A stretch of DNA of 64,000 bases from Alphaproteobacteria bacterium (GTDB lineage: Bacteria; Pseudomonadota; Alphaproteobacteria; UBA828): the NCBI GenBank assembly GCA_965214705.1, contig OZ243972.1:2528001-2592000 (forward strand), written 5' to 3'. Below the pieces are notes generated by a model that was given only the letters and a program-made list of their open reading frames with translations, searched no databases and had not been told where the DNA came from. Position 1 is the stretch's first letter. Each line of letters starts with the position of its first letter. Shown one piece after another: positions 1 through 9,166 of the stretch. Made by a program: the position numbers and the translations under genes.

Positions 1-444
1 CACGGCGGTGCCGCCGATCCGCAGGCCACCGTGCCTGGGATCGGCGGCGATGGTGCGCAGGGTCTCGGCCACCGTCCTGAACAGGATGTCGAAGACGACC
101 CTCCGGTTGCCGAAGGCGATCTGGACGATCTCCCTCGGCAGGGTGAAGACGACATGGAAGTAGGGCACCGGCAGGATGTCCGCGGCCCGCGCCTCGCTCC
201 ATCGGTTTGCGGCGAGGCCCTGGCAGGTCGGGCAGTGCCGGTTGCGGCACGAGTTGAACAGCGGATGCTCGCGCCCACAGCCGTCGCAGGCGTACATGTG
301 CCCACCCAGCACGGCGGTGCGGCACGCCTCGATGTCGGCCATGACCTTGAGCCGGCCGGCGTCGATGCGCCCTTCCCGGCGCTCACGGAAGGCGCCGGCG
401 GCGCAGCGGAAGATCTCCGCCACGCCGGCGCGCTCGCGCGCCAC
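1..444 (-). CDS. IS91-family (Y2/HUH) transposase, N-terminal zinc-binding domain; runs off the window edge
   Basis: Not in the ORF track. Minus-strand translation from GTG at 444 gives VARERAGVAEIFR...IEACRTAVLGGHMYACDGCGREHPLFNSCRNRHCPTCQG, the IS91 zinc-binding signature; starts 6 bp after the integrase stop. Confidence 0.9.
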   Translation of the reverse strand, partial: MARERAGVAEIFRCAAGAFRERREGRIDAGRLKVMADIEACRTAVLGGHMYACDGCGREHPLFNSCRNRHCPTCQGLAANRWSEARAADILPVPYFHVVFTLPREIVQIAFGNRRVVFDILFRTVAETLRTIAADPRHGGLRIGGTAV

Positions 445-450
445 GGCGGT

Positions 451-1332
451 TTAGCTGCGCAGGACCGGGAAGCCCGAGAGGGGGTGGTCGAGGGCCTCGA
501 ACATCTTGCCGGTGGCGCGCGCGTAGCCGCGGGTCGTGTCGGCGCTTCGATGCCCGAGCGCGTCGCGGATCACCTCGATGTTGCCGCCGCGCTCAAGCAG
601 ATGGGTCGCGGCCGAATGACGCAGGCTGTGGAAGCTGTGGCAGGGGGCGATGCCAACCCGCTCGCGGGCCTTCTTGAAGGCACGGTGCAGGGCCGCCGCC
701 GAGATGTGCTCGTCGAGCGAAGCGCCGTAAAATAGCCAGCTTGCCGGCTGCGGCCAGATGTTCTTGAAGTAGCTGCGCAGGTAATGGATGACCCCGTCGG
801 GCAGCGGGGCCATCCTCTCTGTACCGCCCTTGCCGGACGGGATGTGCAGGCACTTCCTGTCCGCCTTGATGTCGCCGATCTTGACGGTGACGGTCTCGGA
901 GACCCGCAGGCCGGCGCCGTAAGCGGTGACGAAGGCGGCACGGTGTTGGAGGTCGGGCGTCGCCAGGATCAGGCGCTCGACCTCCTGCTCCGTCATGGAT
1001 CGCGGCAACTGGGAGGGCAGCTTTCGATTGCGCACCCCGGCCACGCGCTCGGGACATCCCAGCGTGTCGACGTACAGGAACCTGAGGGCGGAGAGCGTGC
1101 TGTTCGTTGTGGCGGGGCTGAGACCCCTGTCGATCAGTGTGAGAACGAAGTCGCGCACCTGCTCTGCGTCGAGGTCGGCCGGCGAAGCCCCATAGTGCTT
1201 GGCCATGCGCTCGACCTCGAAGAGGTAGGCAGTTTGTGTGCTCGCGGCCAGATTGGCGATGCGCATCTGGTCGATCATCCGCTGACGAAGCGGGCTACCC
1301 TTCGCCCCGCAAGTCGCCTTCTCAGTCATCAT
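451..1332 (-). CDS. Tyrosine recombinase/integrase (N-terminal SAM-like domain), IS91-associated type
   Basis: SPLRQRMIDQM N-terminus; catalytic motifs GLRVSE (R), GKGG (K), HSLRH, LGH, TRGY. Confidence 0.93.
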   Translation of the reverse strand: MMTEKATCGAKGSPLRQRMIDQMRIANLAASTQTAYLFEVERMAKHYGASPADLDAEQVRDFVLTLIDRGLSPATTNSTLSALRFLYVDTLGCPERVAGVRNRKLPSQLPRSMTEQEVERLILATPDLQHRAAFVTAYGAGLRVSETVTVKIGDIKADRKCLHIPSGKGGTERMAPLPDGVIHYLRSYFKNIWPQPASWLFYGASLDEHISAAALHRAFKKARERVGIAPCHSFHSLRHSAATHLLERGGNIEVIRDALGHRSADTTRGYARATGKMFEALDHPLSGFPVLRS

Positions 1333-1514
1333 CGATCTCCCTCGATCATGACGGCGAGCCGCCGGACCGTTCCGACGGCGGACCGTCTCGGAGATCGATG
1401 CTAGCTACTGGTGATCGAAAGGCGGCCAGCGGCTCCCACACAAAATGGGTGGTCGCAACTCGACACAGGCCGCAGGGTGCGCGCCCGTCAAGAGAACCTG
1501 CGGCATCGGGAAAG

Positions 1515-1558
1515 TGAACGAAGCCTAAGCCGCCAACTCCGCGTAGCGGCTTCGTTCA
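1515..1558. repeat. 11-bp inverted repeat, probable terminal hairpin of the IS91-like element
   Basis: TGAACGAAGCC (1515-1525) and GGCTTCGTTCA (1548-1558); alternative inner stem AAGCCGC/GCGGCTT. Confidence 0.65.
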
Positions 1559-1699
1559 ATCCGCCGTCAAGTGGGTAGGAATTTTGCACCCCGAGAGGTG
1601 CATGGCCGCGAGCACTGGCAACCCATGCCTATGGATCACGAATTGAGCCAACAAGTTTGCGCCTGCCCCAGGAACGTGACGGGTCGGGACCAGCGAACG

Positions 1700-3280
1700 A
1701 TGCTCCCCAAACCGGCGTCCGTCCGGTACAACGACTGGCGGCAGGTGGACATGCTGGCGTCCGAGGTGTTCACACCCACCCTGCCGGTCAGCGTGATCCT
1801 GCCGACTTGGCAGCCTCCGGCCGGGATGCTGGAGAGGACCCTGGCGGCGCTCGAAGGCCAGACTTGGCCGCGTGATCTCTTCGAGGTGGTGATCGTTGAC
1901 GATGGGTCCGAACCGCCTGTAGAGGCGCCCCGTTCGACCCCGCTTGACGTCAAGGTGGTGCGTCAGGAACGCCGCGGGTTCGGCGCCGCCCGGGCGCGAA
2001 ACAACGGCGCGCGGGCGGCCGCCCACGACATCCTCCTTTTTCTCGACAGCGACATGCTGGCCGAGGCCGGCTGGATCGCGGCGCACGCTCGGTGGCACTA
2101 CGCCGTATCCGACGCCATGACATTGGGATTCTACGCCTTCGTGGCGGTAGACGGCCTCGACCCGGAAACGGTCCGGCGCCGACGGGGGTCACTGAAGGAG
2201 TTGTTTTCGGGCCGGCCGGCTGACCCGCCCTGGTTCGAGGGCCACATGCTCCGGACCGACGATCTCACGTCGAGGGCCGACGACCTGTTCAGGGTGGTCT
2301 CGTCGGGCAATTTCGGGATCCGCAAGCAATTCTACGAGTCGGTGGGCGGGTTCGACGAATCGTTTATGCGGTACGGGCTGGAGGACACCGAGCTCGGATA
2401 TCGGGCCTATACTCGCGGCGGATTGCTGGTCCCGGTCTGGGACGCCTTTGCCTGGCATCAGGGCCGCTGGTGCGACGGTAGAGACGCCAAGGATCGAGAT
2501 CAGCGCATCATGCGGTCGAAGGCGGCCCACCTGATCGCCCATCGCGGTTTTCGCAGAAGCGGGATTAACCGAGTTTTCGCTGTGCCTCAGTACGTCGTGA
2601 CCGTCGAGGCGGGACATTGCCCCACGGAACAGGTCATCGCGATGGTTACGACCCTCTTGGCCGATCGCGTGTACGACTTGGTGGTGAGAATCGAAACGCC
2701 GTCGCGAGACGGCGATGAGCGGCTGGCGCTGCTCCGGGGCGAATTCGGCCCAGAGCCGCGGGTGCGCGTTGCACCGGCCCGCTCCGCCCTCGACGAGTTT
2801 CCCGCGTCGTCGTTCCACGTCACGCTGCCCGCCGGCGCGACGTTCGCGAACAACCTGGTGCATCGTCTGCGGGCAAGGCTGGGAAGCGCGGTCGCCGCGA
2901 CCGCCATCCTCCCCGACGGATCCCGGGTGTCGATCACACGGACGTGGGCGCTCCACCGGGCGCGCCGCCAAGCGGCCAGCCCCGCCGACTTCGGAGAAGC
3001 GCGAACGATTTCCGCAGCGTCGCTCAAGTTCAAGAACACCGCTAACACCGCGCCGACGGTAGACGCGGTCCACAGCGTTGCGACGGATATGGCAGTCTAC
3101 CCTGCGCGGTGGGCTCTCCTGTTAGGCTGGATCCAGGACATCCGCAACCCCGGAGAGGCTTGGTCCTTATTGAGGGCGGTGGCCACAATGCTTCGGTGGC
3201 GGGCGCGCATCAAGCGGCAGTCGGTCGATCAGGATCTCGGGCGCACAATGACGAACGTCCGAAGCAAGTCCGCACCTTGA
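1700..3280 (+). CDS. Glycosyltransferase family 2 with C-terminal extension
   Basis: VSVILPT, FEVVIVDDGS, ARARNNG, LLFLDSD, GGFDESF..YGLEDTELGYR; start moved to ATG 1700 by alignment with the paralogue at 3290. Confidence 0.88.
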   Translation: MLPKPASVRYNDWRQVDMLASEVFTPTLPVSVILPTWQPPAGMLERTLAALEGQTWPRDLFEVVIVDDGSEPPVEAPRSTPLDVKVVRQERRGFGAARARNNGARAAAHDILLFLDSDMLAEAGWIAAHARWHYAVSDAMTLGFYAFVAVDGLDPETVRRRRGSLKELFSGRPADPPWFEGHMLRTDDLTSRADDLFRVVSSGNFGIRKQFYESVGGFDESFMRYGLEDTELGYRAYTRGGLLVPVWDAFAWHQGRWCDGRDAKDRDQRIMRSKAAHLIAHRGFRRSGINRVFAVPQYVVTVEAGHCPTEQVIAMVTTLLADRVYDLVVRIETPSRDGDERLALLRGEFGPEPRVRVAPARSALDEFPASSFHVTLPAGATFANNLVHRLRARLGSAVAATAILPDGSRVSITRTWALHRARRQAASPADFGEARTISAASLKFKNTANTAPTVDAVHSVATDMAVYPARWALLLGWIQDIRNPGEAWSLLRAVATMLRWRARIKRQSVDQDLGRTMTNVRSKSAP

Positions 3281-3289
3281 TCAAGAACA

Positions 3290-3720
3290 ATGAACCCGCA
3301 CCCTAATTCCGTCCGGTACAACGACTGGCGCCAAGTGGCGGTGGAGCCGCTGGAGACGTTCATGCCTGTCATGCCGGTCAGTGTGATCATGCCGTACTAC
3401 CAGACGCCCGCCGAGACGCTGGAGAGAACCCTGGCCGCGCTGGAAGGGCAGACTTGCCCGCGGGACCTCTTCGAGGTGGTGATCGTCGACGACGGATCCG
3501 AGCCGCCGTTGGAGCCGCCCCGATCGACCCCGTTGGATGTCAGGGTGGTGCGTCAGGAGCGCCGCGGATTTGGGCTGGCCCGGGCGCGCAACAGCGGCGC
3601 TCGGGCGGCTGCCCACGACGTTCTCCTCTTTCTCGACAGCGATATGCTGGTCGAAGCGGGTTGGATTGCGGCGCACGCCCGCTGGCACCACGTCGTCTCC
3701 GACTCCCTGACCATGGGATC
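3290..3720 (+). pseudogene. Second GT2 paralogue, truncated after about 143 codons
   Basis: Closely similar to the upstream GT2 N-terminus (SVRYNDWRQV...FLDSDML...HARWH); similarity stops at about 3720, where ISAs1 sequence begins. Confidence 0.85.
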
Positions 3721-3860
3721 CCGCACTCCGGCGGTCTCGACCTCACGGGCCGGATCGTCACCATGGATGCGATGCACGCCCAGCACGAGACCGCGCGCTG
3801 CCTCCTTGGGCGCCGTGCCGACTACGTGGTCAGCGCCGTCAAGGACAACCAGGAGACCAT

Positions 3861-6063
3861 CAGGGCGAATTTGTCCAAGCCTGATTTTTGAGTTCTGCGC
3901 TACGAGTTGACCTTGGGTCTGGTCAGCGCGCGCCAACCCTGCTATGGATTGAGGCGACTGGATTCGCGGTGTTCTGCTGCGGATCGGCTTCGAGCAGGGG
4001 GACGGTTTCTACGGTGGATCTTTCCGAGGTCGATGTCGCTGCTGTCCGGCCGGAGGACGAGGCCCGGTTCCGCGCGCTGATGGAGGGGCATCACTACCTG
4101 GGTGCGTCTGCGAAGGTGGGGGCGACGGCGTGGTACGTCGCCCATCGGCGCGGCGAGTGGCTGGCGCTGGCCGTGTTTTCGGCTGCGGCGCGCAAGTGCC
4201 GGGCGCGGGACGAGTGGATCGGCTGGGACTTCCGCACGCAGCACGGGCGGCTGCATCTGATCGCGAACAACGCGCGCTTCCTGATCCTGCCGGGACGGGG
4301 TGTTCCGAACCTCGGCTCGCGGGTGCTGGGGCTTTGCGCGCGGCGCTTGGCGCGCGACTGGCCGGCCCGCTTCGGCCACCCCGTGCTGATGCTGGAAACA
4401 TTCGTGGACGCGGCGAGGTTCCGGGGCACGGTCTACCGGGCGGCTGGATGGCTGGCGGTCGGCCAGACCCGCGGCTTCCGGCGCCACCGCTCGGGCTATG
4501 TCGCCGGCTCGACGCCGAAGCTTGTGCTGCTGCGCCCCCTGGTTCCCGACGCCTGCCGCCGGCTGTCCGCTGCCGGGCTGGATCGGGAGTTGTGGAAGAA
4601 AGGAGTTCCGAGAACCATGATCAGCGCCGCTCAGCAAGAGTCGCTCTACGCCTACTTCAAGGACATCGACGACCCCCGCACGCGCAAGGGACGGCGGCAT
4701 TCGCTGCCCAGCGTGCTCGCGCTTGCGAGTGGCGCGACGCTCTGCGGCATGCGAGGCTGGAAGGCCATCTCCGAGTGGGTCGACGATCTCGGCGAGAAGG
4801 CGCTGGCCCGCTTCGGCGTGCGGCTGCGCGACGGGGTGCGCCGGCCGCCTTCGATGTCGACCATCCGCAATGTGGTGATCCGGGTGGACCCGGACCAGTT
4901 GGACGAGGCGTTGCGCAAGTGGCAGGAGGCCCACGGCTCAGGCGACGCGGCGCTTGCCATCGACGGCAAGACCCTGAGGGGGGCCATCGACGAGGACGGG
5001 ACCCAGGCTCATGTCATGAGCGCGGTCGGGCACGAGACCAAGGCCACGCTCGCCCAAAAAAACTTCTCCTGAAAGTCGGGGCCGACGAGGAGACAAAGCG
5101 CACCAACGAGATCGGCACCGTGACGGCGCTGGTGGACCTGATCCCGAACATCGCGGGCAAGACGGTCACGACGGACGCGCTGCTAACCCAGCGCAAGTTC
5201 GCCCGCTACCTGCTCGACCGGGGCGCGCACTTCATGTTCATCGTGAAAGGGAACCAGAAGACCATGCGGGACGATGTGACGCTGCTCTTCGAAGAGGCGC
5301 CGGAGCGTGAGCCCGACTTCGAGGAGGAGGCCGCGCTGTCGCACGGACGCATCGAGCAGCGGGCAATCTGGACGAGCACGGAGTTGAACGGCTTTCTCGA
5401 CTTCCCGGGCGTCGGCCAGGTCTTCATGATCGAGCGCTCCCGCCAGGACAAGAAGACCGGCGAGACCGGCACCGAGACCGCCTACGGGATCTCCAGCCAC
5501 ACGCCCGGCACGGCCAACGCGCAGAGCCTGCTCGCCCTCAACCGCGGCCACTGGTGCATCGAGAACAGCTCGCACCACTGCCTCGACTGGACCTGGGACG
5601 AGGACCGCAGCCGCATACGCACAGGCTTCGGCCCCGAGAACATGACCCGCCTGCGGCGCTTCGCCATCGGCCTGATCAAGGGCCGGGGGCTCGAGGTCGC
5701 CTCGACCGTGCGCAGGCTCGCCCGCAACGTCCGCGCCGTCCTCGACTTCCTGAAAATGACCGGGAACACCCAGCCGAGGACCGCAAAGCGCGCCGCGCCG
5801 GCCTGAACCCCGGCGCCCGGCAAGCCGGGCGCAAAGATCGTACCTGCCCTCGCTCCCGACCACGCCGGTGGCGCGATCCATCATGTCGGGGCACCGCCAA
5901 ATCGCGACGGCACCGCCCGCACCGCCCACACGGTAATGCCAGAACCCTCTGACCGAACCGGATGCTCGGCCAGACCCCGCCGCAAACCCCGCAACAAAGC
6001 CGATCCGCACAACCCGTGGCCAGAACTCAACTGCCTACCAGCCGCTTGGACAAATTTGCCCTG
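3861..6063 (+). mobile_element. Complete ISAs1-family insertion sequence (2203 bp)
   Basis: IRL CAGGGCGAATTTGTCCAAGC (3861-3880); IRR GCTTGGACAAATTTGCCCTG (6044-6063), 19/20 match; 10-bp TSD AGGAGACCAT at 3851-3860 and 6064-6073. Confidence 0.95.
4014..5806 (+). CDS. DUF4338 (DruA-like) domain fused to ISAs1 DDE transposase, joined by a -1 frameshift near 5057-5063
   Basis: Frame 1: HHYLG, RDEWIGW, IANNARFLILP, NLGSRVL, ETFVD, GTVYRAAGW, then DPR..GRRHSL and AIDGKTLRG, stop at 5072. -1 frame: NEIG, TTDALLTQ, VKGNQ, HGRIEQR, HWCIEN, EDRSRIR. Start codon uncertain (3888-4014). Confidence 0.82.
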
Positions 6064-6626
6064 AGGAGACCATCCTCGAAGACCTCAAGGCGATCGACTT
6101 CAGCGATGCGGCCTGGCACGAAACCGTCGACAAGGGCCATGGCCGCATCGAGCGCCGACGCTGCGCCGTCGTCGACCTCTCCGCTGCCGAGTGGGACGGC
6201 TACGCCAACCTTCACGGGCGGCGCCAGGCGATGTGCATCGAACGTGAGCGCGAGATCATCAAGACCGGCAAGCGCAGCATCGAGGTGACCTGGAGCCTGA
6301 CCTCGCTTGGCGCAAAGCGTGCCGGACCCGAGGAGCTGCTCGATCTGGTGCGCAACCACTGGCACATCGAGAACCGGCTCCACTATGTGCGTGACTTCAC
6401 CTGCAACACGCAGCTGCATGACGACGTAGAATATGTCATGATATTCCTATGGTATTCATCGCAGCCACGCTCTTATGTCTCTATCGTGTCCTTACAGAGT
6501 GAGCCACATTGGATGCCAAGTCCATACCAGCGCTCCACGGAAAGCTCCACTACCTGTTTCCCCGAATGCAACTAATCAGTGACACAAGATCAGCCAATGT
6601 GTTCTCCAGGCCCGGCCCAACCGTTC

Positions 6627-6672
6627 TTGACGTCAACCATAACCCACTGTATCATAACCAACATACAGGAGG
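6627..6672 (+). promoter_or_regulatory. Sigma70-like promoter and SD sequence in a low-GC patch, no obvious downstream gene
   Basis: TTGACG (6627-6632), 17-bp spacer, TATCAT (6650-6655), AGGAGG (6667-6672). Confidence 0.5.
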
Positions 6673-6688
6673 AAACTGCAACCCTACG

Positions 6689-7375
6689 TCACGGTGCGCT
6701 TTTGAAATTTTCGCTAATGTAAGTGCACACCTCGCGGTTGCACGGCGTGTATAGCACCCGGCGATAGCCGTTCCACCACTCGCGGATGGTGCGGCCTTCC
6801 TCGGTGTCGGCGTAGCCCGGCTCGTGGGGTACGAGCACGCGGATGGCGCCGTCCACATGAGGCTTGCGGCTCTTCAGCAGGCCCAGCGAGTCCCGCACAT
6901 TCGAGTTGATCCCGTCCGCGCCGATGACCAGGTCCGCCGGCCACTCTTGCCCGCCCTCGGTGATGAGCACACCCTCGGGCCGCGCACCGGTCGCCTGCGA
7001 GCTGGTGATGATCTCGACGCCCGCGCGCTGCGCTGCGCCCAGGATCGCGGCCAGGAGCTGCTGGCGCGTGATGCAGAACATGCGTGAGCGATCGGTGCTG
7101 GTGATCGGCGCGAAGGGCACCTCGTCGATGTAGCGGCCCTTGGCATCGCGGCTGATGTAGGTCGGCGCCTCGGTGCAGCCTTCCAGCGCCGCGTCCGCGG
7201 CGCCGATGGCCTTGAGCACGCGCACGCCGTTATCCCAGATCCAGATGCCGGCGCCGAAGGCACGGATCTCCTCCGTGCGCTCGTGCACCCGCGCCGTCCA
7301 GCCGGCTTGGGCCAGCGCGGTGCCCAGGGCGAGGCCGGTGAAGCCGCCGCCGGCAATCTCCGCATGTCGCGTCAT
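6689..7375 (-). pseudogene. FAD-dependent monooxygenase resembling 2-methyl-3-hydroxypyridine-5-carboxylate oxygenase, C-terminally truncated at about 6725
   Basis: AEIAGGGFTG, RAFGAGIWIW, ADLVIGADG, RVLYTPCN; the GDAAH motif and C-terminal part are missing and replaced by AT-rich sequence. Confidence 0.8.
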
Positions 7376-7423
7376 GGTCGTCTCGTGCTCTACGCTTGTC
7401 GTCTCGCTGTTGCGCCTGCCGAA

Positions 7424-9154
7424 CTATACCCGGACGCAATCCAGCAGATGCTGGGTATAGGGATGGCGGGGCGCATCGAACAGGCGCTCGGTCTCGTCGA
7501 TTTCGACGATCCTGCCCGCCTGCATCACCGCCACCGTGTCGCAGTAGTGCGCTGCAATGCCGAGGTCGCCGGTGATGAGCAGCCGCGCCGTACCGGCGTC
7601 CTCGGCGAGCGTGCGGGTAAGGTCGAGCACCTGGCGCTGGATGGTCACGTCGAGCCCTGCGGTCGGCTCGTCCGCGATGAGCAGCTTGGGGTGGTACATC
7701 AGCGCCATGGCTAGGCACACCCGCTGGGCCATGCCGCCGCTCAGCTCGTGGGGGAAGGCGCTCAGCCGCTGCGCCGGATCGACGATGCCCACCATCTCCA
7801 GTAGCTGGATCGAGCGCACCTCGGCCTGCTTCGCGCTGATCTTCTCGTGGGCCTGGAGTGCACTGCGCAGCATGTCGCCGACGCTGGTGAGTGGGTTCAG
7901 CTGCGACTTCGCGTTGGGCAGGATCGCCGCGATCTGCGTCGTGCGCATCGCCCGCATCGCGCCCTTGCTCATCGTCAGCAGGTCGTGGTCGAGGTAGCGC
8001 ACCGAGCCCGAGGTGACGGCGAGCTCCGGCGGCAGCAGCTGCAGCAGCGTCTTCACCAGCACCGACTTGCCCGAGCCTGATTCGCCCACGATCCCCATGC
8101 TGTGGCCGGCCTCGAGCGCGAGATGGATCTCGCTCAGCAGCGGCTGGCGCGAGTCGACGGCGACGACGCCCAGATGCTCGACCGCGAGCACCGGCTCGCT
8201 CATGTGAGAGAGGGTGACGGTGGGGGCGTCGGGCACCTCGGGCTCGTCTCCGCCCGTCTCAAGCGCGGCCTCGCGGCGGCGGTCGGTCTCTCGCCTCACC
8301 GCGCGCGGCTCCATCACTTGCGTCATGATCTCGCCGAAGATGCCGAAGGAGAAGACGATCAGGCCAAGCGCGATGCCGGGGAAGAACGCGGCCCACCACT
8401 GCCCGATCTCCAGGTATTTGGCGCCCGAGGCGATCATGGCGCCGAGCTCGGGCGTCGGCGGCTTGACGCCGGCGCCGACGAAGCTGAGCCCCGCCGTGAG
8501 CAGGATGGCGAAACCCACCGTGACCGAGACCTGCACGATCACCGTCGGCAGCGCATTGGGCAGCACGTGGCGGAAGCCGATGCGCACCTCGCGGTTGCCG
8601 ACGGCACGCGCCGCCTCGGAGAAGGGGCGCTGCACCAGCGAGAGCACGTCCGAGCGCACAATTCTCACGAACACCGGCGTGTTTACGAAGGCGATGGCGA
8701 TGATGATGTTGGTGACGCTGCCGCCGAAGACCGCCACCAGCACCATCGCGAAGACGAACACGGGGAAGGACTGGATCACCTCCAGCAGCCGCATGAAGGT
8801 CTCGGCGAAGGCGGTGGAGCCTGCGCCACCCCGGCTCTCGTAGAGCGCGACGATGACACCGAGCGGCGTGCCGATCACGACCGAGAGCGCGGTTGCGACC
8901 ACGCCGATCACCACGTCGGTGCGCGGTGCCGCCAGCACGCGAGAGAAGATGTCGATCCCGTTCTCGTCGGTGCCGAACGGGTACGTGCCGCTGGGCGGCA
9001 GCAGGCGGGTGGTGGGCTCGGCGACCTCGGTGGGGAAGGGCGCGAGATAGGGGCCGAAGATGGTGAGGAAGATCCACCCAAAGAACATCACCAGCACGGC
9101 GAGCTGCCATTTCGGCAGCGCCAGGAGCGTGCGCTTGATGCGGAGCCAGACCAT
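7424..9154 (-). CDS. Fused peptide/nickel ABC permease (DppC-like) + ATPase (DppD-like)
   Basis: PFGTDENGIDIFSR and EAA loop SEAARAVG; then GESGSGKS, LSGGMAQR, LIADEPT. H-loop reads ITGD rather than ITHD. Confidence 0.9.
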   Translation of the reverse strand: MVWLRIKRTLLALPKWQLAVLVMFFGWIFLTIFGPYLAPFPTEVAEPTTRLLPPSGTYPFGTDENGIDIFSRVLAAPRTDVVIGVVATALSVVIGTPLGVIVALYESRGGAGSTAFAETFMRLLEVIQSFPVFVFAMVLVAVFGGSVTNIIIAIAFVNTPVFVRIVRSDVLSLVQRPFSEAARAVGNREVRIGFRHVLPNALPTVIVQVSVTVGFAILLTAGLSFVGAGVKPPTPELGAMIASGAKYLEIGQWWAAFFPGIALGLIVFSFGIFGEIMTQVMEPRAVRRETDRRREAALETGGDEPEVPDAPTVTLSHMSEPVLAVEHLGVVAVDSRQPLLSEIHLALEAGHSMGIVGESGSGKSVLVKTLLQLLPPELAVTSGSVRYLDHDLLTMSKGAMRAMRTTQIAAILPNAKSQLNPLTSVGDMLRSALQAHEKISAKQAEVRSIQLLEMVGIVDPAQRLSAFPHELSGGMAQRVCLAMALMYHPKLLIADEPTAGLDVTIQRQVLDLTRTLAEDAGTARLLITGDLGIAAHYCDTVAVMQAGRIVEIDETERLFDAPRHPYTQHLLDCVRV

Positions 9155-9166
9155 CCCGCGCTGTCC

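Larger units (their letters stand above)
1..1560 (-). mobile_element. IS91-like element carrying integrase + Y2 transposase (partial)
   Basis: Coupled integrase and IS91 transposase genes; palindrome at 1515-1558 as the probable end; exact boundary inferred. Confidence 0.75.
3722..6402 (+). pseudogene. Older ISAs1 transposase remnant split into about 3722-3860 and 6064-6402
   Basis: LDLTGRIVTMDAMHAQ...ADYVVSAVKDNQETI continues after the insert as LEDL...DKGHGRIERR...VRNHWHIENRLHYVRDFT; both ends missing. Confidence 0.88.

Noticed and set aside
3888-5072. Druantia anti-phage system
   Set aside because: Only the DUF4338-like domain is present, inside IS ends; no DruE helicase or other dru genes
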